A stretch of DNA of 64,000 nt, taken from positions 12,299 to 76,298 of the forward strand of contig BPJL01000006.1 of NCBI GenBank assembly GCA_026004595.1, read 5' to 3'. Each line of letters begins with the position of its first letter. The stretch's first letter is position 1. The DNA comes from Patescibacteria group bacterium (GTDB taxonomy: Bacteria > Patescibacteriota > WWE3 > UBA101185 > UBA10185). The notes beneath the pieces are model-generated. The model searched no databases, had not been told where the DNA came from, and saw nothing but the letters and a program-made list of their open reading frames with translations. The translations under genes and the position numbers were made by a program. Shown here piece after piece: positions 9,175-19,782 of this stretch.

Positions 9175-10896
9175 CTAACGAACCTTAATAGTGTAACTTT
9201 TTCCGCTAAAGTCTTTCACCGCGAATTGATCTGCATTTTTTTCTAAATATATTGATGCTTTCTGACTTGGTGCTAAGATCTTTCCTTGCAAATCGTATAT
9301 AAAATATCCGCTGGTGTTATCTATAATGTATCTGGTCTGTCCTTGTATAAGTTTGATGGGGTTAAAATTAAGTGCTTTTTTAATGGTAATTTGCGGGGTG
9401 GCGTCGCTGTCGTTTTTCGATGTCGCTGCGAAATCAATGTCAACTAGTTTTTCATTGTCGGAATATCTGTATGCGCCAGCTGGGTAGGGATACTCTGAAC
9501 TTTTGCCTTTTATCACAAAAGCAAAGTGGTTGGTGTCAAGTTTAGTGAAATAGTCAGTACCGGATGTGGTTCCCCATGTAGGATCAACCTGAACCCAACC
9601 ATAGAACGGATCGTAGTATTCTGCCCATGAATGAAGGGTGTCCCCGCCTTTTAGACTTATTGAGATGGGTTTTTCAATATTATCATTTGTGAAAGCATAA
9701 CCCTCAATTTCTCGTGAAGGTATACCCATTGCTCTTAAGGTTCCCACAAATAGATCGGAAAACTCCATACATGTAAAAGACCCCCTTTGGGTAAGAGCTG
9801 CTACCGCGCCTTTTCTTTCAACTGTAGTGTTTTCAGCCGCAGAAGTATCATAGGTTAGGTTGGATGTTATATAGTCGTATACTCGTTTGGCATTTTGAGA
9901 TACGTTCAGCTCTGGATCAAAAAGTGAATCGGCAAAACTTTTTATTTCCTCATTTTTCGACTCCCAGTATTTTTGATTTTTTGCGTACTCTTTTACAAGC
10001 GACTTAGGCAAATTCTCAATTTTTCCACCTAAGTCGGTATTTATTTGCCGTCCAAGTATTTTTGCGGATCCTGTTAGGGTGATTTCCAATTTGCTTCTGG
10101 GTCCGACCCAAAACAGGGCAAGAGCATTCCCATCCCCATCAAGCCTGATCTTTCTTGGTCGGGGAGTAATGTTCTCGTATTTAACTTGTTGTATATTAAT
10201 TATATCCGGGGGAAGGGCTACTTCGTACACTGATCCGATTATTCTATTATTTTCCAGTTGGTATTTAATTCTAAAGTTTAACGATTGGTATTTGCCGAAT
10301 GCCGCGGTAATGCCTTTTGAAGGATAGTTTTCTTTTACGAACGTATATACCCTTTTCCCATCCTCGTATTTTTCGGTTGCTGGGTTCGGAGAGACAAAAA
10401 TTTTTGGCCCCATAGAGTCGGGGACGGAAAGTACGATATTGTAAATTGTTGTGGTTTCGGGAGCGTCTATCCCCTGTATATATATGTTCCACACATCTCC
10501 GACTTTTGAAGCTATTCCTTTTGTCTTGTAGGTGAGATTAACAATATTTTGCTTTCCCTCTCCAATTGAGTATGTTGAAAACGGAACAATAACTGTTGTT
10601 TCATCTTTTGAGGGATTTTCTTTTCTAACCTCGGCTTTTTTTCCATTTGTTTGAGCTATGATATCGTATATGTCCATATATTTTGTCTTAAAAGAATAGG
10701 TTGTTGGTACTACGTTATTTTTAAGACTAGTTATAATTGTGTTTTGGGTGACAAAGGTTTCTCCCGAGCTCTGCACGTCATATCTTATGTCGTAATTTAT
10801 TATGAAGTTTTCCTCGGTTTGAGAATAAGCGGATTTACCAAGTGCTGTAAGCAAAAATAGTGCAACTGCCGCCTTCAAAAAAGCGTTTTTAAACAT
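9175..10896 (-). CDS. Secreted transglutaminase-like domain protein
   Basis: Signal peptide; TCMEFS (Cys), HSWAE (His), DPTW (Asp) triad. Confidence 0.85.
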   Translation of the reverse strand: MFKNAFLKAAVALFLLTALGKSAYSQTEENFIINYDIRYDVQSSGETFVTQNTIITSLKNNVVPTTYSFKTKYMDIYDIIAQTNGKKAEVRKENPSKDETTVIVPFSTYSIGEGKQNIVNLTYKTKGIASKVGDVWNIYIQGIDAPETTTIYNIVLSVPDSMGPKIFVSPNPATEKYEDGKRVYTFVKENYPSKGITAAFGKYQSLNFRIKYQLENNRIIGSVYEVALPPDIINIQQVKYENITPRPRKIRLDGDGNALALFWVGPRSKLEITLTGSAKILGRQINTDLGGKIENLPKSLVKEYAKNQKYWESKNEEIKSFADSLFDPELNVSQNAKRVYDYITSNLTYDTSAAENTTVERKGAVAALTQRGSFTCMEFSDLFVGTLRAMGIPSREIEGYAFTNDNIEKPISISLKGGDTLHSWAEYYDPFYGWVQVDPTWGTTSGTDYFTKLDTNHFAFVIKGKSSEYPYPAGAYRYSDNEKLVDIDFAATSKNDSDATPQITIKKALNFNPIKLIQGQTRYIIDNTSGYFIYDLQGKILAPSQKASIYLEKNADQFAVKDFSGKSYTIKVR

Positions 10897-10936
10897 GGGT
10901 AAATGCTACAATAACTTCGTGATTTCCTCAAATATT

Positions 10937-12286
10937 ATGGAAAAAGTCAAAAAGCTGCCTCAAACCCCAGGAGTCTACATCTACAAAGATAAAGGCGGGG
11001 AGGTTATATACGTGGGAAAAGCGAAAAATCTCAAATCTCGTGTGTCTTCGTATTTTCGGATTAATCTTGACCGCCGATCAAAAACATTCGCTCTGGCGCA
11101 AAATATCCACTCAATAGATTACATAAAAGTTGAAAGTGAGCTGGAGGCATTAATATTGGAGGCGGAACTCATTAAAAAATACCTGCCCATTTATAATGTA
11201 AATTTGAAAGATGACAAATCTTTTCTATACATTGGGATCAGAAATTCTAAGGAAAGTGTGGGAGGTAAAGTAATTTCTATCCCCACTGTTGAAACGTTTA
11301 GAAAAGGTAACGCCGAAAGATACAAGTATCGTTATGGTCCTTTTCCTGACGGCAAGACTGTTAAACAGTTAGTGAGGATGTTGAGAAGAATGTTTCCCTT
11401 TAAGGATTGCAGTACCTCGAAGTTTTGCAGATATAAGAAATTGAATACCCCCTGCCTGTGGGGGCACCTAAATTTGTGTCCAGCGCCATGTGTGTATGAA
11501 GAGGCAGTAATACCGGTTTGCAAAAGCAATATCAGATCTATTAAAAATATTCTTTCGGGGGGAACCAGCAGAATTATTGAAAAATACAACCGTCAAATGA
11601 AGAGATACGCCGCTGCCAGAGATTATGAGAGCGCGGCATCCTTGAGGGACCTGCTTCAGAGGTTTGAGTATGTCAGACAGTCGTTTCGTTTACCCAGAGA
11701 TTACATTGAAAATCCTTATCTTATCGATGATCTGGCCAAAGAGGCCCTTGAAAATATAATATCTTTTTTGCCATTTCTAAAAGAAATACCGACAAGAATA
11801 GAGTGCTATGATATTTCTAACATATCCGGTAAGGAAGCAGTAGGTTCTATGGTCACTGCGATTAACGGAAGGATAGATAAAAGCGGTTATAAGAGGTTCA
11901 GGATTAGGACAAAACAAACTCCCGACGATTTTTTAATGCTTTATGAAGTTCTGTATAGGAGGCTTTCGCACGAGACGGATGAAAAGAAAAAGAGCTGGGG
12001 GCTTCCTTCTTTAATAGTTTTGGACGGCGGGAAGGGGCAGCTTTCTTCGGGTCTTAAGGTTTTAGAAAAGTTGAATCTTGATGTTCCAATTATTGGTATT
12101 GCCAAACATCATGAAACAATAGTGTATAACGATAACGGGTTTCATGAAACCACTCCCGCCCTTGATCTGCCCGGTATGAGACTGCTTTTGAACTTAAGAG
12201 ATGAAAGCCACAGGTTTGCACAAAAATATCACCATGCCCTTCGTAGCAAGCAAGTATTTGGAAGGATAGTACAAAAGAAGCTATAA
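10937..12286 (+). CDS. uvrC: Excinuclease ABC subunit C (no obvious C-terminal HhH)
   Basis: GIY-YIG (PGVY...YVGKAKNL), UVR, ECYDISN, DGGKGQL, RDESHRFA. Confidence 0.95.
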   Translation: MEKVKKLPQTPGVYIYKDKGGEVIYVGKAKNLKSRVSSYFRINLDRRSKTFALAQNIHSIDYIKVESELEALILEAELIKKYLPIYNVNLKDDKSFLYIGIRNSKESVGGKVISIPTVETFRKGNAERYKYRYGPFPDGKTVKQLVRMLRRMFPFKDCSTSKFCRYKKLNTPCLWGHLNLCPAPCVYEEAVIPVCKSNIRSIKNILSGGTSRIIEKYNRQMKRYAAARDYESAASLRDLLQRFEYVRQSFRLPRDYIENPYLIDDLAKEALENIISFLPFLKEIPTRIECYDISNISGKEAVGSMVTAINGRIDKSGYKRFRIRTKQTPDDFLMLYEVLYRRLSHETDEKKKSWGLPSLIVLDGGKGQLSSGLKVLEKLNLDVPIIGIAKHHETIVYNDNGFHETTPALDLPGMRLLLNLRDESHRFAQKYHHALRSKQVFGRIVQKKL

Positions 12287-12294
12287 TTTAGGAT

Positions 12295-12705
12295 ATGCGA
12301 GGCATTATCAGGACCTTTGTATTCGTGCTTATTTCAATTTTTTGCACAAACTATGTTTTGTCGTCTATTAGTTACGGAGGGGATACAAAGACCTTCTTGG
12401 TTATGTCCTTGACCCTCGCCTTTCTATTTTATTTATCTAAACCTTTGTTGATTACCTTTGGTCTGCCCGGAAGAGGGATCGGATTTTTATTTATCAGCAC
12501 AATTCTGGCTTCTATTTGTTTGTATGTGCTTACCATATTTTTACCGCAGCTTATGATGACTGAAGCGACTCTATCTGGTTTGATTATTTTCGGTGTTGTG
12601 CTACCATCAAAAAGTTTAAATGCCTTTTGGTCAACGGTTTTTTCTGCTTTTCTTATTGCCGGGGTATTTACTTTTCTGGACTGGCTCTGCTGTTCAAAAA
12701 AGTAA
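12295..12705 (+). CDS. Four-TM membrane protein (YvlD/phage-holin-like family)
   Basis: Four hydrophobic segments, KPLL...LP pattern, position after uvrC. Confidence 0.6.
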   Translation: MRGIIRTFVFVLISIFCTNYVLSSISYGGDTKTFLVMSLTLAFLFYLSKPLLITFGLPGRGIGFLFISTILASICLYVLTIFLPQLMMTEATLSGLIIFGVVLPSKSLNAFWSTVFSAFLIAGVFTFLDWLCCSKK

Positions 12706-12735
12706 TTTTTATCGCTGGAATTAGGAGCAAAAATT

Positions 12736-12951
12736 ATGGCAATACTAAAGACAAGTCAAATAATAATCAGCATCCTTTTAGTTATTCTAATATTAATACA
12801 AACAAAAAATGCGGGATTGGCATCTGGGCTAAAAAACTCTTTTACGACCTACAGATCGCTGAGGGGAGTAGAGAAAGCGGTTTTTATTCTTACTGCGATA
12901 CTAGGTGTCGTTCTCGTAGTAAATTCCTTTCTGCTAATAACACTATCTTAA
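12736..12951 (+). CDS. secG: Preprotein translocase subunit SecG
   Basis: Two TMs, LILIQ..GL...RGVEK motif. Confidence 0.88.
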   Translation: MAILKTSQIIISILLVILILIQTKNAGLASGLKNSFTTYRSLRGVEKAVFILTAILGVVLVVNSFLLITLS

Positions 12952-12952
12952 T

Positions 12953-14284
12953 ATGAGACCGGTTATTATAGAAGGAGGTCATCCGCTTTTAGGCACCGTC
13001 GCTGTGTCGGGGGCTAGAAACTCTGCTTTGAAATTGATGGCCGCAGCAATGCTCTCAAATGATGATGTTACTCTCCAAAATGTTCCAAGAACCGAAGCCA
13101 TTGAAGATGATATGAAGATGATAAGAGCAATAGGGGGAAGAGTAGATTGGGCTGGTGCAGGCCGCTTAATCCTAAATGGAAGTGAAATTTCTTCATACGA
13201 AGTACCGTTAGAAATCGGCTCAAGGTACAGAACTTCCATATTGATGGCGCCTCCCCTGCTGTTTAGGTTCGGAAGAGCTTCTATTCCAAAAAACAAAGCA
13301 GGTACCGAACCTCGAAGGCCTATAAACAGGATAATAGATGCTTGGAAAAATTTGGGGATAGTTGTGGAGGAAGATGAGAAATACTATTTTATATCATGTG
13401 AGAAAGTGGCAGCTGGTCATGTAAGCTTCAAAAGGCCTAGCCATCTATCAACTGATGCGCTGATATTGACAGCTTCTTTTTTGCCCGGCACCACAGAAAT
13501 AAATAATGCTTCCGAGGAAAGCGAGATAGATGATTTGATCGAGTTGGTGAATAGGATGGGAGGAGATGTTGCGAGGAGTGAGCCAGGGGTAATAAAAATA
13601 AAGGGTGCCAACATTTTTAAAGAAGCAACGATGGATGTTCAACCTGACAAGACAGAGGCGGCTATTTTTTGCACTGCCGCTTTGATAACGAAAGGAAACA
13701 TAGTGATAAATAATGTAGATAGAAATGTAATGGTGCCGATGGTAAATTTTCTAACAAAAATTGGTGCCCGATATGAGTTTGAGCAGAATGCAATTAAAGT
13801 TTGGAGGCATGATGAACAACTGAAGGCTGTTAACCTCACAATTGCTCAAACTCCCGGTTTCATACCTGATTGGCAATCAATTGCAACTCTATTGTTGACG
13901 CAATGCGAAGGTACGGCTTATGTTCATGATACGGTATACACAGATCGTTTTGAGTATATAAAGGATTTGAATCGAATGGGTGCTAAAATTGAGCTGATGA
14001 GACCCTCGGATGCTGGGATTGCACCGGTAATAAGTGACGATACCTACGATCTCTCTGTTTTAGGAGAACCTTATACCGTTGCCAAGACAGAAGGACCGGT
14101 TAAGTTGAAAAGCGGGAAACTTGATATTCCCGATTACAGGTACGGAGCGGTTCATATTTTGGCAGCGCTGATCGCAGAGGGTAGAAGCGAGGTTAGTGGT
14201 ATAGAAAACATAGAGTCGCATATAGAAAATTTTAGAATGAAGCTAACAAATTTAGGAGCGAAAATATGGAATCAATGGGAATAA
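12953..14284 (+). CDS. murA: UDP-GlcNAc enolpyruvyl transferase MurA-like, divergent active site
   Basis: EPSP-synthase fold motifs GARNS, RTS, RRPI, NASEESEI, PDKTEA, PGFIPDWQ, DRF; located in dcw cluster. Confidence 0.85.
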   Translation: MRPVIIEGGHPLLGTVAVSGARNSALKLMAAAMLSNDDVTLQNVPRTEAIEDDMKMIRAIGGRVDWAGAGRLILNGSEISSYEVPLEIGSRYRTSILMAPPLLFRFGRASIPKNKAGTEPRRPINRIIDAWKNLGIVVEEDEKYYFISCEKVAAGHVSFKRPSHLSTDALILTASFLPGTTEINNASEESEIDDLIELVNRMGGDVARSEPGVIKIKGANIFKEATMDVQPDKTEAAIFCTAALITKGNIVINNVDRNVMVPMVNFLTKIGARYEFEQNAIKVWRHDEQLKAVNLTIAQTPGFIPDWQSIATLLLTQCEGTAYVHDTVYTDRFEYIKDLNRMGAKIELMRPSDAGIAPVISDDTYDLSVLGEPYTVAKTEGPVKLKSGKLDIPDYRYGAVHILAALIAEGRSEVSGIENIESHIENFRMKLTNLGAKIWNQWE

Positions 14285-15369
14285 TGCTGGATCTTTTATT
14301 TTTGTTTGGTGCTGGTTTTCTTTCATTTCTTTTGTACCCTGTTTGGATAAATCTGGTATACAAGTTTCAGATGGGAGAAGAAGTTCGCGAAGATGCTCCC
14401 AAAACCCATCAAATTAAGATGGGAACCCCGACCATGGGGGGTTTGGTTTTTGTTTCAGTTGTGGCCGTAATAACTCTTTTGTTAAATCGCTCTAGAAATC
14501 AAACCTTACTTCCTATATTTATCGCTCTTTTATCAGGGTTGCTTGGGATGGTTGAGGATTTTACTAAGGTTTATAAAAAATCAGGATTGCCGGGGTTTTT
14601 TGAGTACCACTTTGGTGGGATTTTCAGAAAGAGAGATGCACGTCCAAGAGGGATTTTGAGTCTTGTATTGAAACCTTGGGAGTATTTCAAAGGTTTTTGG
14701 AGAGTTGTCGGTAGCACAGACGCAAGCGGAATACAAACCTATAAAAAATTTATAGTTCAGGCTTTAATCGGGGGTTTTGTCGCTTATTGGGTTTATTTCA
14801 AATTGGGTTGGGATTATATCTGGTTTCCTTTGATAGGAGATGTACATATAGGGGCTTTTTATCCCTTTGTTGTCTTTCTGTTATTTATTGTGATATTAAA
14901 TGCCGTAGCGTTTACGGATGGTTTGGATGGTTTAGCAGGGGGTCTTTCACTAATGGCGTTTCTATCCTTTTGGGTAGTTTCCAGGGTCCTTGATTACAAC
15001 TCAATAGCTGTTTTTTGCGCCACATTTGTAGGGGCTCTTCTGCCTTTTTTGTATTTTAATATATACCCGGCTAGGATATTTATGGGAAACGTGGGCTCGC
15101 ATGTTCTTGGCGGCACTCTTGCTCTATTGGCAGTTATACTCCACCGCGAAATAGCTTTTTTGGTGATTGGGGCGGTTTTCCTGTTTGATGGAATAACCAG
15201 CCCTCTTCAGCAACTATCAGTTAAGTTGACGGGAAAGAGAATATTTCGTTTCGCTCCGATTCACCACCACTTTGAACTCATGGGGTGGCCTGAAACGAAA
15301 GTAACTTTAAGATTTTGGTTGTTCGGGGCGTTTTTTGCTTTTGCCGGAATATTCATTGCCCTCATGTAG
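14266..15369 (+). CDS. mraY: Phospho-MurNAc-pentapeptide translocase MraY
   Basis: TPTMGG, NAVAFTDGLDGL, PARIFMG, APIHHHFE. Confidence 0.95.
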   Translation: MESMGIMLDLLFLFGAGFLSFLLYPVWINLVYKFQMGEEVREDAPKTHQIKMGTPTMGGLVFVSVVAVITLLLNRSRNQTLLPIFIALLSGLLGMVEDFTKVYKKSGLPGFFEYHFGGIFRKRDARPRGILSLVLKPWEYFKGFWRVVGSTDASGIQTYKKFIVQALIGGFVAYWVYFKLGWDYIWFPLIGDVHIGAFYPFVVFLLFIVILNAVAFTDGLDGLAGGLSLMAFLSFWVVSRVLDYNSIAVFCATFVGALLPFLYFNIYPARIFMGNVGSHVLGGTLALLAVILHREIAFLVIGAVFLFDGITSPLQQLSVKLTGKRIFRFAPIHHHFELMGWPETKVTLRFWLFGAFFAFAGIFIALM

Positions 15370-15378
15370 TGGGAAAAT

Positions 15379-16545
15379 ATGAAACTCAACCCTGTCCCCA
15401 AACATTCTTATAGAGATAGATCATTCGTCTATATTATTCTTGCATTCCTTCTGTTTGGGATAGTAATAATTGCTGATTCAACAATTATCCACTCGGATAC
15501 TTTATATAACGACCCCTATAGATTTGTTTTCCTGCAGATTGGTTGGGTTGTGATGGGTTTAGCGGGTTTTTTCTTCTTTTACAAACATGACTACAAGAAG
15601 ATAGACAAAATTGCTATTTTGCTGCTCACGCTAAACATCATATTTTTGATTTTACTTGCCTTTGTGGCCTTCCTTCCTTGTTCGACTAATATTTTTTTTG
15701 CCCCATGCATAAATGGTGCAAACAGATGGTTTTTTTTAAATGCTCCTCCTCTGCCTAAAATACCGATATTAGGGGTGGTCGGTTTTCAGCCTGGAGAAAT
15801 GGCAAAGCTAACCCTTGTTATGTATTTGGGGGTCATTCTTCCTAAGAAAATGCAGGAGAATAGACATGTCTTTGAGGTCTACGCCGGAGTAACTGCTCTT
15901 CTTTTTCTTTTAATAATGGCACAGCCTAACATGTCCACTGCGGTTATGGTAGCGGCAATTGGTACGATAGTTTACTATTCCTCCGGGGCTTCGATAAAAC
16001 CTCTTTTGACCGCTGCTCCTGTTTTTATAATTCTAGGGGCTCTTCTTGTAATAAGCTCCCCATATAGGAGGGAGAGACTTTTGACTCAAATAAAGGGATC
16101 GGATGTAAGTGATAAAGATCAGGGGTACCACATAAACCAAATTCAGATTGCTTTGGGCTCAGGAGGTTTATTTGGAGTAGGTTTTGGGCAATCTCGTCAA
16201 AAATATTATTATCTTCCCGAGGTTGCTTCAGACTCGATCTTTGCGATAATCGGTGAGGAGTTTGGTTTTATAGGTACGGTTCTCGTGATACTGGCTTTTT
16301 CGTATTTGATATATAGAGGATTTAGAATTGCTAAAAACGCTAAATCGCTTCGAGGTAGGTTGTTGGCTACCGGAATAGTATCTTGGGTAGGGTTGCAGTT
16401 TTTTGTGAATGTGGGAGCAATGACTCAAATCCTCCCTTTAACTGGAGTTCCAATACCTCTTATATCTTATGGCGGTTCGAGCATGGTTTTTAGTTTGATG
16501 GGCCTTGGTATTTTAGCTAATATTGGAAAGGAAGCTTCTGTATGA
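15379..16545 (+). CDS. ftsW: SEDS peptidoglycan polymerase FtsW
   Basis: GANRW, FQPGEMAK, GSGGLFGVG, LPLTGVPIPLISYGGSS. Confidence 0.93.
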   Translation: MKLNPVPKHSYRDRSFVYIILAFLLFGIVIIADSTIIHSDTLYNDPYRFVFLQIGWVVMGLAGFFFFYKHDYKKIDKIAILLLTLNIIFLILLAFVAFLPCSTNIFFAPCINGANRWFFLNAPPLPKIPILGVVGFQPGEMAKLTLVMYLGVILPKKMQENRHVFEVYAGVTALLFLLIMAQPNMSTAVMVAAIGTIVYYSSGASIKPLLTAAPVFIILGALLVISSPYRRERLLTQIKGSDVSDKDQGYHINQIQIALGSGGLFGVGFGQSRQKYYYLPEVASDSIFAIIGEEFGFIGTVLVILAFSYLIYRGFRIAKNAKSLRGRLLATGIVSWVGLQFFVNVGAMTQILPLTGVPIPLISYGGSSMVFSLMGLGILANIGKEASV

Positions 16546-17657
16546 AGGTAGTAATAACAGGAGGACATCATAGCTCGGCCCTGCCGGTAATAGAGCAATT
16601 TAAGATCAAATATCCCGATACGGAGATCTATTGGTTTGGGCACAGGTTTTCAATGAAAGGTGATAAAAACGATACGTTGGAGTACAGGGAGGTGATTGCG
16701 CTGGGTATCCCGTTTTACGATCTAAAGGCTGGAAAGGTTTATAAAACGTTTAATTTGGTCAGACTTTTGCGGGTGCCTTTTGGTTTCTTTCAAGCTTTAT
16801 GTTGGCTTAAAAAAATTAAACCGGATGTGATCTTGTCTTTTGGCGGCTATCTTGCAGTACCCACGGTTATTGCAGGATGGCTCCTTGGAATTCCCTCTAT
16901 AACCCACGAACAGACGGTTGTTGTAGGATACGCAAACAAAGTAATCTCGATATTTGCAAAGAAAATTTGTGTAGGCTGGAGAGAATCGGAAAAATTTTTT
17001 CCTGCAGACAAGGTTGTTTATTCCGGGGTGCCTATTAGGAACGCTGTTTTTGAAAAGAGATCCAGTTCGTTTGAGGTGGGAAACAACCTTCCGTTTATTT
17101 ATATAACTGCAGGAAAGACAGGTTCGCATTTGTTGAATGAGATTATTAAAGAGGCTCTTCCTGAACTCCTTTCTTTTGCAAATGTTATACACCAGTGCGG
17201 GGACAATTCAAGATACAATGATTATGACCAACTGGCAGAGATATACAACCAGGTTGCAAATCTTTCGGAAGGCAAATATTTCCTAAGAAGATTTGTGCTT
17301 TATGATGAGATCGGTGAGGCTTTCAACCGCGCTTGTTTGGTGGTATCTCGTTCAGGCGCCCATACTGTAACGGAGCTTTTGGCGCTGGAAAAACCCGCCC
17401 TTCTTATACCCATTCCATGGGTTAGCCACAACGAACAATGGGAAAACGCAAATATGTTGAAAAAGTACGGTTTGGCCGAAATACTTGAGGAAAAGGACAT
17501 AAGCGAGGAAGCCCTTTTAATATGCATAAAAAAAATGCTCGCTAACCTTTCCAGCTATAAATTAATAGACGATCAAGCTCGTAAGCTGGTTAATTTGAGC
17601 GCCGGGGAAATCATTGCCGATGAAACATTTAAACTTGCGAAAAGAGATAATAAGTAG
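16542..17657 (+). CDS. murG: Lipid II GlcNAc transferase MurG
   Basis: TGGH, FGGY, HEQ, SRSGAHT, EQWENA. Confidence 0.93.
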   Translation: MKVVITGGHHSSALPVIEQFKIKYPDTEIYWFGHRFSMKGDKNDTLEYREVIALGIPFYDLKAGKVYKTFNLVRLLRVPFGFFQALCWLKKIKPDVILSFGGYLAVPTVIAGWLLGIPSITHEQTVVVGYANKVISIFAKKICVGWRESEKFFPADKVVYSGVPIRNAVFEKRSSSFEVGNNLPFIYITAGKTGSHLLNEIIKEALPELLSFANVIHQCGDNSRYNDYDQLAEIYNQVANLSEGKYFLRRFVLYDEIGEAFNRACLVVSRSGAHTVTELLALEKPALLIPIPWVSHNEQWENANMLKKYGLAEILEEKDISEEALLICIKKMLANLSSYKLIDDQARKLVNLSAGEIIADETFKLAKRDNK

Positions 17658-18462
17658 GGGCCCCGTGCAAACGAGCGGAAACGATCTTCTCTTGAGGAAA
17701 ATACAAAAGCGGCGAAGAGGTGTAAAAAGTCCTAGAGTAGTGGCAAGGAAGTATAGAACCCCCTTAAGAATGCTTATAGCGGCCGTAGCTTTATCTTTAG
17801 CGGTCTATTTTTCTTATAAGTATATATATATGAACCCGAAGTTTTCAGTTAAAAATGTTTTGGTAATAGGAGGAGGCAAATTTGTTAACGAGGAAGATTT
17901 TACAAACATTTCAAGACAAAAATTTGTTGGTAGAAGCATTTTCTCTATAAACATCCAAGAATCCGCAGCTAATCTGAAAAACAATTTTTTGGGAGCAAGA
18001 AACGTTGAGATATCTAAAGATTATCCCGATTCAATAGTTGTAAAAATAGAGGAAAGAATTCCTGTAGCCTTAATCAGATCCTCCGAGGGTAAATTTTATT
18101 ATCTAATAGACAAGGAAGGTTATGTGCTGGGGGAGGTATCGGACGAGTTTATGGATCTTCCAAAAATAATTTATGATGGCGATATAAGAGTCGGATCGTT
18201 CATAAACGATAAAATAGTGCCTGTGAGCATTGAAATTTTGTCCGAGGCAGGAAAGGCTGGATTAGATGTGAGTAGTGTGAGTTTCAAGGAGAGATACTCC
18301 AAGTTATATCTAGGTCCTACAGAGGTTTACATAAGCAATATGAAAGATATTAAGCAGTCTGTTTCGGCCCTTGGGAAACTCTACAAAAACCTACTTCTTC
18401 AGGGAAAGTTAGTAACTAAAATTGATTTACGATATGATAAAGTAATAGTATCATATGAGTAG
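17620..18462 (+). CDS. ftsQ: Cell division protein FtsQ/DivIB
   Basis: Basic N-tail, single TM, POTRA (YPDSIVVKIEER), C-terminal IDLRY; between murG and ftsA. Confidence 0.85.
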   Translation: MKHLNLRKEIISRGPVQTSGNDLLLRKIQKRRRGVKSPRVVARKYRTPLRMLIAAVALSLAVYFSYKYIYMNPKFSVKNVLVIGGGKFVNEEDFTNISRQKFVGRSIFSINIQESAANLKNNFLGARNVEISKDYPDSIVVKIEERIPVALIRSSEGKFYYLIDKEGYVLGEVSDEFMDLPKIIYDGDIRVGSFINDKIVPVSIEILSEAGKAGLDVSSVSFKERYSKLYLGPTEVYISNMKDIKQSVSALGKLYKNLLLQGKLVTKIDLRYDKVIVSYE

Positions 18463-18476
18463 CTTTTAACTTCATT

Positions 18477-19733
18477 ATGCCCAAAGAAAAGATAATTACA
18501 GGAATAGACATCGGCTCCACAAAAGTCAGCACCACTATAGCTTCGGTTTCCGAGTCAAAAGTATCTGTAATAGGTGTTTCAGGAGAAGTTCCATCAAAAG
18601 GTGTAAATAAGGGAAATGTTGTGGATATTGATAGCGCTGTGGAAGCGATAGCAACCAGTATTGAAAAGGCTGAGAGAATGGCGGGAGTTTCAGTTTCAAG
18701 TGCTTTTGTAACTATAAACGGAAGCCACATTGAAACTTTGAATTCTCATGGTGTGGTAGCCGTTTCCCCAAATCAGACAAATGAAATCACAAAAGAAGAT
18801 GTTTCAAGGGTTATTGAAGCCGCTCAAGCCGTATCTCTGCCATCTACAAGGGAGATAATTCATGTAATACCGCGCGATTTTTCCATTGATTCCCAAGAGG
18901 GCATAAAGGATCCTGTCGGAATGTCAGGTGTTCGTTTGGAGGTTGAGACAAACATTATTCACGGCGCCGCAATAGCCATGAGGAACATCGTTAAGTGTGT
19001 AAATCAAGTTGGTGTAAATGTGGATGAGATGGTTTATGCAGGACTTGCTTCCGCAGAGGCTGTTTTAACCGATACTGAGAGGGAGCTTGGGACTTTGCTT
19101 GTGGATATAGGAGGCGGTACAACTTCAATGATAGCTTTTCTGGACGGAAGTTCCATTCACTCCGCTGTTTTACCCATAGGCGGCAAACTGATAACCAGCG
19201 ACTTGGCGATAGGGCTTAGGTCGCGACTTGAAGACGCCGAAAGAATAAAAATAAGGCTTAGCAACGAAGCCGCCCTAGCAAAAGGATCGGATAATGTAAA
19301 AAAAGACGAGGATTTTGATGTTTCAGAATTTGGACTTGAAATAGATCGCCTCCCTAGGCAAATGTTGTACAAAATCCTTGATGCAAGGCTTGAGGAAATT
19401 TTTAGGTTGGTAGCCCTTGAAATAACAAAAGTAAATTTAAATGGTAAGCTGCCGGCGGGTGTAGTAATTACAGGAGGCGGAGCGCTTACAGCGAATGTAG
19501 AAAGAAATGCTAAATTGAATCTAAAAATGCCGGTAAGGTTGGGCGTACCACGTGGAGTCACCGGGCTGATAGATGAAATTCAAGGTCCCTCATCAGCGGC
19601 CGGTGTTGGAGCAGTATTGTATGGTGTCAAGCTATTCAGAGGAACACAGCTGTTGTCTTTTGATGAGAGGAGAGGTAATATGAATAAAAGCTTTTCGAAA
19701 ATTATCGATAAGATAAAATCTTTTTTGCCGTAA
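18477..19733 (+). CDS. ftsA: Cell division protein FtsA
   Basis: GIDIGSTK, VDIGGGTT, VVITGGG. Confidence 0.97.
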   Translation: MPKEKIITGIDIGSTKVSTTIASVSESKVSVIGVSGEVPSKGVNKGNVVDIDSAVEAIATSIEKAERMAGVSVSSAFVTINGSHIETLNSHGVVAVSPNQTNEITKEDVSRVIEAAQAVSLPSTREIIHVIPRDFSIDSQEGIKDPVGMSGVRLEVETNIIHGAAIAMRNIVKCVNQVGVNVDEMVYAGLASAEAVLTDTERELGTLLVDIGGGTTSMIAFLDGSSIHSAVLPIGGKLITSDLAIGLRSRLEDAERIKIRLSNEAALAKGSDNVKKDEDFDVSEFGLEIDRLPRQMLYKILDARLEEIFRLVALEITKVNLNGKLPAGVVITGGGALTANVERNAKLNLKMPVRLGVPRGVTGLIDEIQGPSSAAGVGAVLYGVKLFRGTQLLSFDERRGNMNKSFSKIIDKIKSFLP

Positions 19734-19782
19734 AATCTGCCCGAGAGTAAAAAATTAAATATAAATTTGATATATTATTGCA

